Position numbers and translations under genes: made by a program. The notes under the pieces are model-generated. The model was given only the letters and a program-made list of their open reading frames with translations, ran no database searches and was not told the origin of the DNA. Positions 37,046-50,316 of a DNA stretch of 64,000 bases are shown here, one piece after another. The DNA lies in assembly GCF_004010195.1 (NCBI RefSeq), contig NC_057726.1, forward strand, positions 69,885,468 to 69,949,467, given 5' to 3'. This DNA comes from Chiloscyllium plagiosum. Taxonomy: Eukaryota. The stretch's first letter is position 1; each line of letters starts with the position of its first letter.

Positions 37046-39504
37046 CAGATGAATGGCAGGTATCTTTTCCCTTGGGTGTGGGATTTCAAGACTAGGGGCA
37101 TATTTTTAACGAGAGAAGACCAACATTTTTTTTAAAAAAAGCACGAGGGACTTTTTTATACAGAGTGGTTCGTCGATGGAATAATGTTTCAGAGAAGTGG
37201 TGGATGGGAATACAGTAATAAGTTTTAAAAGACAATTGGATAAGTACATGAATAAATGTTTGGAGGTATACGGGCTAAGGGTAGGTGGAACGAGTTTAGT
37301 TTGGGAACATGGTGGCATGGACTTGTTGGACCGAATAGTCTGTTTCCGTGCTGCATGACTCTATGACTCTATGCCTAGTTAACAGCTTGAGATGAAATGC
37401 ACTGGTGAAGAACTGCTATCAGATATGCTCGTTTACTTAACGTTTAGTAATCACCAGGATCAGTACAATTGCATCCAGGTATGTCAGAGAATTAATGATG
37501 GTGACTGTTGAGCAATGGCCAAAAGTTCTCCATCTTCCTTAAATATATGACTGGACCAGAGGACTGATGCATCTGGGAATTGAGCCAAGCCTATTGGCGT
37601 TAGGTTGCATTGATAAACAGCTGAACAACCAACTTAGCTCACTGACTCTCAACCTAAGAGACGGGTGAAGTATGTTCCAACCTCCTTTAATTGAATCGAT
37701 ATTAATTCAAGAAACTACAACCTGTGTTGTTCGTTTATCATACAAACAAAAATGGTAGTGAAATTGTCATGATTAGTTGCACATATTTAAAGACCCAATT
37801 TGTTGTCCATCGCTGTTGAGCAATACGCATCACAATAAACTGAAATACTAAAGCATGTATGCAATATTAAAATCATGAAAAGGGCCACTGCCATCAAACT
37901 GAGTACTTGTCATAATTCTCAGAGTTATTCTGTCAGAATGTAGTCTGATATTCTGAAGGAAAACTAGAAAAAGCAACTGGTAATTGATCACTTTGAATGG
38001 GAGTAAATTAAAAATCATTGTTTGAAGAAATGTATATAAAGTAATAATGCAAAATTACAATGAATATACTGGACACAGCTTCCAACCAAACCAAGATGGA
38101 CTACAAAGCTATCACAGATCCAAACTGAAGAGCAAGACACATATGTTCCTTTTAAGGAATGTAATTACCTTCTAGACTGTGAGTAATTTATCCCAATTGG
38201 CTGGTTTGCCTTACAGCGTAATGCTAATAGCATTGGTTCACTTCCTAGACCTAGTTGGGAATTTCTCAATTTCACCCTTGCTGGTGATCCTCAGGATAAA
38301 CCATCACTAGTCATCTCTCTCTCTGTCTCTGTCTGTCGGAGTAGCCTTCTGGGATGATCGTCACTTTATTCTAAGTGCAATCATATGCAGATTGCCACAC
38401 TATTCCTCCAATTTTACTGACTGAAATATCTGCACTTCTGACAGGAGATTCTGTTCAGGACACTATCAGATGTACTTCCATTCTGACAGTTCCTACAGAA
38501 CAGTTCGGGAGAGGATAAACCACGACAAATTTCTCACATCAGTCGGTTGCAGTATTCTATAATTGAAAGTTCTATAAACACGTGAAAGCTCATATGAAAG
38601 GTCAGATATGCGATGTAAGTGTGAGGTTAGGTTGCCAGAATGGTTGGTTTCCCATTCGGTAGGTTATCATATTGATGGTTAAGGTTAGCGGATCAGCTAC
38701 GGTGGGTATCAGATGAGTAATGGTCGGTAAGTGATCAGTCGGATGGCAGATAAGTCGGTTGCAAGGTGGATGGAAGTGTGGGAGTCAGATCTTGTGCTGT
38801 TAGAGCTGTGCCTCGAAGTGGTAGGTGTACTGGATCCCAGAGGTAAGAGGGTAGATGTAGGCTAAGGTTCTTGGTTTCTCGAGAACTGTGTTTGTGTTTG
38901 TGTGTATGCGTTGGTGGGGGATGGGAATGTGTGGACATGGAACAGTTGTGGATGTGTTGTAACTTGTGCATTTGAACGATTATTTTGCTCAGGAATGAGA
39001 TTAGATGTTCAATGGACTAATATTTCCTGAGTTAATATTTACTTAACTGTAGTGGAACCCGATACATTCTCCAAGATAACGTCATATTTTTACAGTGTTC
39101 CAAGCATATTGTAATTTTCAGTGGAATCTTCAATCTTGAAATCTATAATCCTGGGGACTCTACAAGGTCACAAGCTGAAAGTCCCATCTACACTTCAGCA
39201 ACAATTTTCTGGCAAGCAATAACTCCAGGACAAAATGTGATCTATTTGGATAATGGAATGAGATCAAATGGGCATTCTTGTCTTCATCTGTGTGATGCCT
39301 CAAACACTGTACAATGTACATCTATTTCTAAAAATCAACCTTTCTTATTTTTCATAATTAACTACAAGCATTTTCATTTTTCCTATCAAGAATTCAAGTA
39401 CACTAAAAATGCGCTTCTAGGTATCATGTAGTCACATTAACAGAAAAATTGCTACGAAACTGCTGCTTTGAATCTGGACAATAATATTATCTTTTATTTA
39501 ACAG

Positions 39505-40397
39505 TTAACTTGTTGGCGATCGCAATCCTATCTCGCAGAAGCTGTGGACTCTCCAAAAGTGTCAATCATTACCTGGTGGCCATGGCAGTGACAGATCTTC
39601 TGGTTGTCATCTCTGATGTAATGTTGAGATGGCTTATCATTTACTTTCCAGTTTCTTTCCTGGATATTACTCCTGTATGTAGTTTGGTTGCAGTGCTTAT
39701 TATTGGCACCACAGTCTGTTCAGTTTGGCTCACAGTTGCTTTCACCTTTGATCGATTTGTGGCTATTTGTTGTAAGAAACTCAGAGCAAAATACTGCACT
39801 GAGAAAACAACGCTCATAGTTATTGGAACAGTAAGTGTGTTGGGCTGTTTGGAAAGTATTCCCTGGTTTGTGAAATACAGAGCTAAATACACCTTCAATA
39901 ACCTGGAGTGGTTTTGCATCACAAAACCAGAATATTACACTTCAATCTTCTGGGCAGCATATGAACTTCTGCATCGTTTTCTAACCCCTTTAGTACCATT
40001 CCTTTTGATAGTTCTCTTTAACATTCTGACAGTCAGGCACATTTTCATGGCAAGTAAAGCCCGCAGAAGACTCCGGGTGAAAACTGAAAGGGAAGGTCCG
40101 AGTGACCCAGAGATGGAAAGGCGCAGAAAGTCCGTCATTTTACTCTTCGCTATCTCAGGCAGTTTCATCCTGTTATGGACGACTTATGTTTCATGCTTCA
40201 TCCATCAGCGAATTGCATTCATGTACAAGTTATCTCCTCCTTCACGTATCATGGGTACCATTGGATACCTGCTCCAGCTCCTCAGTACCTGCACAAATAC
40301 TTGCATCTACACAGTGACCCAGAGTCAATTCCGAGAGCAGTTAAAAACAATGGTGACATATCCCTTCCATTTGATTCTCAGAGCTATCAATCTCTGA
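39505..40397 (+). CDS. GPCR exon 2: class A (rhodopsin-like) 7TM receptor, GPR139/GPR142-like family; spliced product ~325 aa, intact
   Basis: Acceptor tttaacag|; NLLAIAILSR..YLVAMAVTDLLVV (TM2), SVWLTVAFTFDRFVAICC (TM3), TPLVPF (TM5), RRKSVILLFAISGSFILLW (TM6), TCTNTCIY..FREQL (TM7/H8). Confidence 0.92.
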
Positions 40398-40519
40398 ACA
40401 TTATGTTTGCCTTTATCAGAATTCATTTTGATCTTATGGGAAAAGATTTATTACAGTTATTGCAAGCAGGGAAAAGTCAATTGAGAAAGGCAACAAGTGA
40501 GAGGAAGATCCAGAGGCAT

Positions 40520-41785
40520 ACACAGCAAACTAAATATGTACCTGCACACAAGATGCACCGCAGACAAACATTCCATAGTGAACAACCCTTAGACATACTG
40601 GTAGGAAAAATATGAGACCATCAGTTGTGACTGAGATCAGGATAGACAAATGCCTCTTAAACGTTGTTCTTTGTCCCTCATTGAACCACATACATGCGTG
40701 TGAGTCAATGAGCACATGACTATTTGTTCAATGAGTGAAAAAAATCATGCCTTTCCAAATAAGATCCGCTCTTTTTGTGACCGGAAACCACCACAAAACA
40801 TTATGACATTCGAGAGAGTACACTGAAGGTATTCTGGAAGCAGTTGTTGCGACCTAAAAATGTGGCTGAGGAACGAATGGATGGAATGATACATTTGCCA
40901 CTGAAATTGGGATGCACAAAACTGAGGTAGGCTGAGACATTATGGATGGGGAAGAGGTCCTTAGCCTTCATGTTGAGGTCAGTGATTGGTGGATATAGAT
41001 AAAAAAGAGATTGACAGAAAAGCTTAACGGGGAGATGACGAAACAGTTTATCCCAAAGTGTTGTAGCTATCTAAAATCTCTGGTCTGAAAGAATATTACA
41101 GGCAGACAACTTTGATTCTTTCACAAGTTATTTTTGTTTGGATGTGCACTTGAAGTGCTGCAATCTGCAATGCTTCGCACTAAATCCTCCATAGTATGAT
41201 TTGTTGTGTTGGCCTTTTGTTTGGCTGGTTTTGCTGGTTTGCTTTTGGTTTTCAGTGTTGTTAACATTTTAAAACAAAATCATTTTATGAAGCAGCCCAC
41301 TGTAATTGTAGCAATTTGAAGGGCAGGAACGCAAAACTACTGCTAAACTCTGTATTGCAAGCAGTAAAACAGGGCACAATGATAAACCTCTCACTGCTGT
41401 TTCGTAAAATAAAACTTAGCAGCAATGTCAGATTAATCTGTTAAAATTCCATTTCTTGTTACTTTTTCGGCGCTACATATCAGTATCATGTCTTTGACAT
41501 TATTTCTCTCAATCTATGTGCAGGTTTTCCTCAATGATTCTTGGCTATGTAACCCCTTTTCACCAATCACTCTCAAATGAAGATATTCACAACTTTACCA
41601 AGGATTAGGAAAACACCAGACTGGTGTAAGCAACATTCTAGGAGTTATAAAATAACTGATATTGATCACAAATTTAAAATTGAGAAGTACTTGATCTGCG
41701 TGTTGGATTAGTGTGTTAAATTATAAATCTAATTCTTGTAATTTGTGACATTGTTTCTTCAATTGATGTGACATACAAGCTGATT
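40520..41785 (+). repeat. Segmental duplication, copy A (~1.27 kb noncoding)
   Basis: Highly similar to 52355-53926 from atacacagcaaac to acatacaagctgatt. Confidence 0.95.
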
Positions 41786-41799
41786 TTTCCTTGGATTGA

Positions 41800-42370
41800 A
41801 TACTATCTCAAATTTTGTTTGCAATCCATCGATTGACCCTCTTACCCATTTTGCTTTTGTGATTGACAGGAATAAACTGTTGTTGCAATTCTCCCATGCG
41901 TTCCTTGAATGTTTGCCATTTCCTATCCACTGTCATCACTTTTAGTAACTCTCCCCAATTTATCAAGGCCAACTCATGCTTCATATCTCCACAGCTTCTT
42001 TGGTTAAGATGCAGTATCCTAGTCTCTGAATTAACTTCCTCACTCCACATCTTGATAAACCATTCTATCATGTTATGGTCTCTCAGCCCCACGGATCTCA
42101 CGCAGTTAGATTGGCAATAATTCACTTCCCATTACATATAATCCAGTCTAAGATGGCCTGCTCTTTAGTAGGTTCCTCCACATATTGGTCAAGAAAACCA
42201 TCCCGCACACACTCCAGGAATTCCTCCTCTACAGCTCTGTGGATAATTTGATTTGCGCGATCTATGGGCAGAGTAAAATCATGCATGATCACCGATTTTC
42301 CCTAATGACATGCACCTCTAATTTCCTTTTCTATACTGTTCACAATGTCCACATCCAGTTTGGGGGTCAA
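41800..42370 (-). mobile_element. CR1 APE-region fragment
   Basis: GLRDHNMIEW..LINWGELLK..KWQTFKE. Confidence 0.7.
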
Positions 42371-43867
42371 TCAGTTTAAATCTGCTGGGACCTTTCGTGC
42401 CCAAAATCTGTTCAAATCCCGGATGACAACCCCCCAATCTGTTATAAAATGGATGTTGATTTCCCCTTGAGAACTAAAACCAAACTATCAAAGAGGAGCA
42501 GCTCGCCTTATAATCTGTAAAAATAGAGTGAAAATGGTTAACCTGTTTTTCAGCAACGTGAGTAAATAAAATAAATCCCTGAAACTCGCTTGAAAATCAA
42601 CAGGTGACAATTGAATTATCTAACACAAATAGTGAACAAATAAACTGAACTTTTAACAAACTGAATAATTCCCTTCTAACTACAAACTATTACTGAACAA
42701 AACAAAATTCTAATTTGTATGCTGTTCCAATGAACGAAAGTCCAGCTCAAATAACAAAAAAAATAATTTAGTCTCTTGAAATTACAGTCAGGTTATGTGT
42801 CTTCTGGGATGTCCTGCACCTTCTCCATCTATTCCTCTGTCAGGAATGCGTTCTGCGTCATTTGTACCGTTGTTGTTTACTAAGTGTTATCTCAAATGCT
42901 TAGAGAAGGCTGTGAGAGACAACGATTCTCTCTCAAGAGCTGAGGGCTGGTAGCTCTGACTGATGGCAGTTAGCTCTGAGGTCTTTGTCCAACTGCCCCC
43001 TTCTTTTATGCCAACAGATTCAAATGTATAGGTTTTTGGTATCTAAGTACTTGGTTTACATTGATTGGCTAAATTCAAAAATCTTGGTAATTACTGCTAC
43101 TGGGACTGCTAACTGTCCAGCCTGTTGAAACAAATGTTTCAATCTGGGTTCTCTGTGCACTTACAGAATTTCTAGCTGCTGTTCATAGCCGTCTATTGTC
43201 AATTTTTAAGCAAAGAAAAAACACAATTTTTTAAAAGGGACATGCAATGCCTCCCCATTCTCTAAGCATCTCCCCCCACAACCCCAAACGCTTTATAAAC
43301 ACCAACTTCGCAACAATATGAACAATAGAATTAGAAGCAAGGGTAGGTCAATCAATCTCTCTAGCCTGCACTGTTATTCAGTATATTCAATAAAATAACT
43401 GATATGCAAATACAGTCCATTTGGGAGAACAAATCAAAAAACGTTGCACAAACAAGGTCATAGGGAGTCTGACTGTAACCTCAAATCAACAGCACTCCAA
43501 TCACCTTTCACCTCTTCGCTCCGCCAGAATCTATCAATTTGTGACTTTAAAATATTCAAGAACTTTGCTTCTGCCACGTTTTGAGGAACAGTGGTCCTCA
43601 AAGATTCATAAATTACGGACACAAAAAAAAGTCCATTGCTGCTTCAATGGTCACCCTCTGATTCTTTTAAACTATGATCCCTCATTCTCGGTTTTACCGT
43701 CGGAGGAAAAATCTCCAACTTTAACCTGTCAAGGCCCCTTAGGATTATATATGCTGCAATCAATCAGCCTATTCCTTTCAGTCGCTGTCTAATCTTTTCC
43801 CACAAGAAAAACAGATTTTGTCATCATTTTTCTTTGCCTCGATTTGGCCAATCACAGCTTACAACTC

Positions 43868-43923
43868 ACCAACAGAACCACAACAACGAGCACCCGAGGT
43901 ACAAATCTTCGCACAAACTTTGA
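43868..43923 (+). mobile_element. Short PLE terminal fragment
   Basis: Reverse complement of 58900-58955 (gagcacccgaggtacaaatcttcgcacaaactttga). Confidence 0.65.
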
Positions 43924-45027
43924 TCACCAAGTAGTCTTTCAAACGTCTTCAGACTGATAAATTCATTTTTATAGTTGTGCACTTGTAAGTTTTTGATAGC
44001 TCACTCAAAAAATGCATTCATGACAATAAAAATCCACAATGCACAATGTGCACAGTTTAGATTGCTATATGAAAACAATACACATATGTACTGAAAATAT
44101 TGCTTAGGCATTTATCAATGCACTTTCTTCAAATGTGAATTGATTTCTTTTGGCAATTTCATTCTCACATCAATAAAGATAACTTTATTTTTCATTATTC
44201 AGAGACATTCATGAGTCATGACATTGTTTCCTACTATATCATACTATAACAAGATTGCAACGTCAATAGTGGAGCATCAAGGATGGAGCATCAGTCTGCA
44301 CTGTCTCGGCAGAGTGCCACTCTACATGGAATGTACGATAAGAATAAAATTTGAACAACAAACTGTCAATTATTAACTTAAGTGAAATAACCAAACAAAG
44401 TAAACCATCAAAATATGAGGCAGAGTAGCAATTACATCTCTTTCACTCTCTGGATACGGAAAAATCAAAATGATCATTCTCAAAGCAAGGGGACAGGCTG
44501 GATTAAAACAAGTGCCGCAATGAAAGCAAAATGAAAGATAATCTTGTGCCAGTAAAGACAATGAAACACAAACAAGTTAAGGACAATTAACCAACAGAAA
44601 CCTTGTGAACATTTGTCACAGTAAAGCCCATCATTTCTAAGTTAAAATGCAATGATTGGACAACGGGAATGAAAATATCGGTATTACCCTGTGTTACAAG
44701 TACAAGCGGAATTATAGTGAATATGTGACAGTGTACAACCACATAAAAATGTTCAATAATAACTTCAATACTAATATGTCTAACTTCGTACAGATTTAAA
44801 AGAAAGAAGGAGATCTTTAACTGTTAGAAATAATTGAGTTGTGATTTTTAGTGGTAACTGTTGCAATAATTTTAAAGCTGAAATCAAGCAGAAATTAATG
44901 CACAGTTTTGCAAAATTACTATCGATTTATATGAGGAAAATAACACCTTAAAGTTGATAAGCAACATAAACATCTCTGTGATACAATCTTTGCATCTATC
45001 CTTTGAGCATATTTTCATTTGCCACAT

Positions 45028-45156
45028 TTAGTGGCTGTTTTTCACTGCTGCACATACTGGACTGATTTCTTGGCGCTTGAGTTTCGATGAAGTACTGGAA
45101 TCATTGAATTTCAAAGCAAGGTGAGTTAGTTTGCTGTCTGTCATGCTCTGCTTTGT
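45028..45156 (-). CDS. IgSF receptor last cytoplasmic exon with two degenerate ITIM-like motifs
   Basis: gttttcag| TKQSMTDSKLTHLALKFNDSSTSSKLKRQEISPVCAAVKNSH*. Confidence 0.7.
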   Translation of the reverse strand, partial: TKQSMTDSKLTHLALKFNDSSTSSKLKRQEISPVCAAVKNSH

Positions 45157-45274
45157 CTGAAAACACAGCCTGGAGACAAAATTAGTGCTCATTTAAATCG
45201 TCCTCGATGAAAATTTCACAAAGCAGTTTACAACATCATTTTGAAATCAACTCGTGTTGATGATTATTTACACA

Positions 45275-45918
45275 AGAGTCTTAGGTAGATAGAATAGTGA
45301 AGAAGGTATTTAGTATGCTTTCCTTTATTGTCAGAGCATTGAGTATAGCAGTTAGGAAGTCATGTTGCGTCTGTACAGAACATTAGTAAGACCACTTTTG
45401 GAATGTTGTGTGCAATTCTGGTCTTCCTCCTATAGGAAGGATGGTGTGAAAGTTGAGATTCAGAAAAGATCGACAAGAATGTTGCCAGATTTGGAGGAAT
45501 TAGCTATAGGGAGAGGCTGAATAGCTTGGGGTGTTTTCCCTGGAGTGTTGGAGGCTGAGGGGTGACCTTATAGAGGTTTATCAAATCATGAGAGTCATGG
45601 TTTGGGTAAATAGATACGGTCTTTTGCCTGGGTTGGGGGAGTCCAGAACTAGAGAGCATAGTTTTAGGATGAGAAGGTAAAGATGTAAAAGAGACATAAG
45701 GGGCAACTTTTTAATGCAAAGGATGGTGCATGTACGGAATGAGCTGCCAGAGGAAGTGGTGGAGGCAAATGCAATTACATGAATAGAAAGGGTTTAGAGG
45801 GATATCGGCAAAGTGCTGGCAAATGGGACTATATTAATTTAGGATATCTAGTCAGCATGTACGAGTAGGACAAAAGGATCTGTTTCCGTGGTGTAGATCT
45901 CTATGACTCTATATGACC
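45275..45918 (+). mobile_element. CR1 LINE 3' end in IgSF intron
   Basis: LYRTLVRPLLECCVQFWS, RLRGDLIEVY, tail ctctatgactctatatga. Confidence 0.85.
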
Positions 45919-47824
45919 TGAAATGAACCTCTGCATACATTGTGATTTCTTCTCGCTGTTTAGGAATTATACCATACTTAGACCCAACTAGATTGAGAGC
46001 AGGGTATGTCAGCTTATCCTCAGGCATCTCTCGTTTTCTCTAGAAAGTCAAGATTTAGCATTCATTAGATTATTTTATATTGCAGTCAAGACACAAGCAT
46101 ACATTCTTAACATGGGCAATTAGTTTGTTGGACTGACTTTGCTTACTCTTCATTACAACCATAATAGTTTGCAGTTTCTCACTCTGAACCGTTTCTTGCC
46201 AAGAATATCACACCACATCACAAAAAGCAAACATTATGTTTCAATTTTACTAATATTAATAGAGTTTTAATTTAAAGTCACTAAGGATATTTTGCAATAA
46301 TGCAGTGTTTTGAAGAAAAAGTTGCATGCATTAGTTTAATTTAATTAGGTTTTTGAATTCTGACAAGTGATTTTCTGTTTTAATACATTCTGCTACAGAT
46401 TGAGCATGCAGTGCAGCAATGAAGCAAAAATACATGTGTTTGTTAATAATGATAAAAAATAATCACAGGTAACATTGCTTTAAAGTAAAAGTATGGGAGG
46501 CAATTACTTGAAATAAATTAGTAACGGCTTTCATTTGGACGGTATATGGGGCAGGATTTGACTGAACATACCCTGATATTAACTTAATTAAGTTAGCACA
46601 ATGAGAGAAAAATAAGAACTGTACTTACCATTGACAATAGAAAATTAATTACCGCCCTTTTGAGTAAAGGAAGGTAATTATTTCAATAGTTCAGTTCAAC
46701 AGTAATAAATAAAGCACTGAAGTCTGAAGAGCATTTTCAAAGAATTCATAAGGTATACTTAATGCCAGACGGTATGTTTTAAAGTAAATTATTGATGTTT
46801 TAGGTTAGAACATGGGTCAACTATTTAGGGAAGAACGTGTTCAGGTTGGTGACAATGAAAGAAATGCAACAACCGGGTATATTCTTGTCGAAAAAGTAAA
46901 CCACAAAATTTCGGTGATCAAAAAAGGTACTTTTGACCTGCTGTGCAGTATTCCTCAATCATAGATAATTTTCTGTCCGCTTGAAACAATAAAACACAGG
47001 ATAAGCATTGCATCTGCACATCATTCTGCTACCTACAACAGTTCAGCTGGGATATTTCACAGCAAGAAGTGCAATAATGGAGTAAAGCTTTCTGAAGACG
47101 TCAAGAAAGGAATTTCATTTTTGCTGTACCTGCAGTACAGAGGTGAATCGATTCTACATGACTTACAATTTTTACTGGGATGTAAACCTCAGTGGCAAGG
47201 TCAATATTCTCTGCCAATAACTGCTTACCATTAACAGTCCAGTTGCAAACCAGCTTCTTGGCTTACTGGTGTCCAGGTAATTTAGGTACATTGTTGTCAA
47301 GGAGGGAGTCCCAGGTACTAGATGTATTGAAAGATCAGGCTTTTTTGCATATTAAATTCAAGGATGTAGAATCAAACATATTTTAAAAACCAAATTCAAA
47401 TCCAGGCCTACAATTGAGATGATAAATCTGCTGAATTCAATTAAAGACTCTAACAGCTTTGAAAATATATTTAAAGGGATTAAATCTGCTGGTTGAATGC
47501 ATTCAGTTGCAGTCAAGAATCAATAAGTGTCATTGAATTGTGTCCTCTGGAGTTGGCACATGGGCTTCAAGTTTGGCCCAAATGTTCTCGGTTATTCCTG
47601 AATATGTCTCCGCTTCTTTTCAGTTGCCACACATAGGGAGGCTCCTCTCACATTTCATTGATTTTAAAAATTAAAAATGAAAGCAGTTTGCATCACAACA
47701 ACTCATCTATTTCTATTTCAAGACAACATTTTGCTGCAGCGCATTGCAGTAGCAGAGAAGCAGCCTCCAGTAAAACTTGTAGAAGGAAGCCAACTTGTTC
47801 AAGCTGCCTGCATAATATATTTAG

Positions 47825-48045
47825 AAGAAAGTAAGGACTGCAGATACTGGAGAGTCAGAGTCCAAAAGGGTGGCACTGGAAAAGGACAGCGGGTCAGACA
47901 GCATCCAAGGAGCAGGTGAGTTGACGTTTCGGGCATAAGCCCTTCTATCCTTCTTAATGAAGGCATAACGTTTGAAATATCTACTCACCTGCTCCTCGGA
48001 TGCTGCCTGATCTGCTGTGCTTTTCCAGTGTCATCCTTTTCAACG
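47825..48045. mobile_element. Mini fold-back of two inverted PLE termini
   Basis: cactggaaaaggacagcgggtcagacagcatccaaggagcaggtgagt is inverted to actcacctgctcctcggatgctgcctgatctgctgtgcttttccagtg; partial hammerheads at the centre. Confidence 0.75.
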
Positions 48046-48617
48046 ATACATAATATTTTCAGTTCTTTGGTACAGGCAATGGTAGAAGTCAGGCAGAACC
48101 ACTGATCTCAGCTTAATATATGAGTTAAGTTTGAACAGTAAAGAAATAAAAGGAAGAACAATCATCTCGATTTGTAAATTTTTAAAAAAGTATCATTCAA
48201 AAAGCCAATGTAATATTACGTCTGTAATCAACATGGTAAAATTATTTAGTATATTGTCACTTGTTAAGTATGAAAGAAAAGAAAAATCATAGCTATTTCC
48301 CAGCTGCAAATCTATGATTGATGGTTAAATATATTATCACAAGTTAACTAATACAGCTTACACGTTTATGAACAAGTTTGACTGTTGAAAATAGTTGCAA
48401 CGGTTTGGGAAACTGCCTACCATTTTCTATTTTCTTGAGTTTTGTTTTTATTCAACTGAATTTGTGCTTTTGAGAGCTGATGAAATCTTCAAGACCTATC
48501 TTGATATGTTAGGTGTGTGTGTGTGTATATATAATATATAATATTTGTGTTCCCAGTTTAAATTTTTCAACTCGACTTCACAATTAAAATAGACAGAATA
48601 AAAGAAATTTGTCTCAC

Positions 48618-48664
48618 CACATCTTCATGCTGAGTTGGATTTATTGTTTTTTTCTCTCGCCCTC
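48618..48664 (-). CDS. IgSF receptor short cytoplasmic exon
   Basis: GGREKKTINPTQHEDV; tttatttctcag| and |GTGAGA; converts phase 1 to phase 0. Confidence 0.7.
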
Positions 48665-49036
48665 CTGAGAAATAAAAATGACATGAGCCGACAATAAAAA
48701 AGGATGATACTTGGACTCATCAGAAACCAAAGGCAATTGTAAACAGGTTACAATAGGACCAACAGTTTTACAATGTAGCTCTAGACATTACACACAGATG
48801 CTTTGAATTTATGTCTTGAGGGTTGAAGCAATGGAAATTTCTTTCAGCAATGTGCTTCACTATGACGATTCTGATCTACATCTTAGCAAACTGAAACTGC
48901 AAACGTTCTTATTTTAGATTTGATGTGAATCAGGTTTGAAAAAAGTTTCACGTAAAATAGTTGTTTAAATTGTGCAGTTTAGAAATGAGCTCCCAATTAT
49001 ATTAATTTCAATGGGACATTTCATTCCTGTACATAC

Positions 49037-49150
49037 CTTTAGTTTTATAGAACAGAAAACCCTTGGCAATCATCACGGCCAATATTAGAATTGCAAGTGC
49101 ACCAGCAGCACAACCAGCCACCATTGGAACACTGATTTTCGAGGCAAAAT
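49037..49150 (-). CDS. IgSF receptor transmembrane exon
   Basis: DFASKISVPMVAGCAAGALAILILAVMIAKGFLFYKTK; ttacag| and G|GTATGT, 114 nt. Confidence 0.85.
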
Positions 49151-50010
49151 CTGTAACATTAATATAAATTCAAAATTAGAAATTGCAATATAAACTGAAG
49201 AAATGCAGTTTTAAATATCATAAGGATCATTTTTAATTGTACTGCCTTGGAAAAATGATAAATATAGTACATAAAGGCTGAGCATTTCAATTTTGTTGTC
49301 TCTTTATTTATCTGATTGCTATGCAACTGGAAACAAAATGTCTGGAATTTAGAGGAACAGGTAAATGATAAAGGTGTCTCGAGTAATGACAAATTTAAAA
49401 TGAATGGAACCAGCACTACTTATAACAAGTGCTCAGTTTTCTAAGCTATGTTGCAAAATAATAAAGTATTTGTTGAGAGTTTAATTGGATTGCATGCAGA
49501 TCAAAGTCAGAAAAAAATATAATGGAGCCTGTTTTCAGATTTGTTTGAATTGCTTGTGGAGGTGAAGTTCAGCTAAACTAATTCTAATCTCCACAGCTAC
49601 GACCCAATCAGCTATGAATCTGTCTTGAGTATTTAATCAAGCATGTGACTCTCTGATCATTGGAAAAATAAGCTGGAGCTAACATGATTGGAGGTAAATG
49701 GAAAACTTAAATTCGATATTATCCATTCTTCCTCAAGAAGTAGCATCAAACTTTCAGTCCTTTGTGAGTAGTCAGTCTATACATGAAAAAAATTATTTGA
49801 CCTATGGTAAATAGTTTTGGTCAGGTCACATGTGAGAACTATATATCAATTCCAAACAACACAAAGGAAGAAAACTTGAATCCATTAAATGGGGTCAAAT
49901 TTTGATTTTGACATAACCACATATAATAACTTTCATAACTATTTCCTACTTATTTGTCTATTTTGAAACATATATGAGCATTTAATGTACAACATATTAT
50001 AAAATGTTAC

Positions 50011-50316
50011 CTTTATTCGTAATAGTGTAGCTGGCATTTACAGGAAATGAGCTTGAAACATGATATACTTGACACATGTAAACTGTGCCGCTTTGAATGG
50101 CCTCTCGCAACTCTAAGGAACTGATGACTTTATAAAGATCCTCAGTTTTTGCTTGTTGTTCATTCCTAAATCCTGTCAAGATGTTTATCCCATTTTTGTG
50201 CCAAGTAAGGCTAAAGGCTTTTGGGTAAAAGTCAGACGTTCTGCACTGGAGTCTGAGAGAAGCAGAAAAATGGTCTTCAGATGGCACAGAGACAATTTTC
50301 AAAGGGGCTGGTGAAG
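50011..50316 (-). CDS. IgSF receptor C1-set exon
   Basis: LRLQCRTSDFYPKAFSLTWHKNG..YKVISSLEL..YMCQVYH; ttccattcag| acceptor, G|GTAAC donor, 306 nt. Confidence 0.9.

Larger units (their letters stand above)
34240..37375 (+). mobile_element. Decayed CR1 RT and 3' end (34240-35078, 37050-37375) in the GPCR intron, split by a PLE
   Basis: KAFDNIPHGRL, SGVPQELVLAP, LRSDLTEVYKMMRGIDK; (ACTCTATG)n tail ~37358. Confidence 0.8.

Noticed and set aside
39468-39504. ORF-track N-terminus MNLDNNIIFYLT of the GPCR
   Set aside because: Starts at TTG and is the intron polypyrimidine tract and acceptor; the real TM1 start is in exon 1 at 33432-33516
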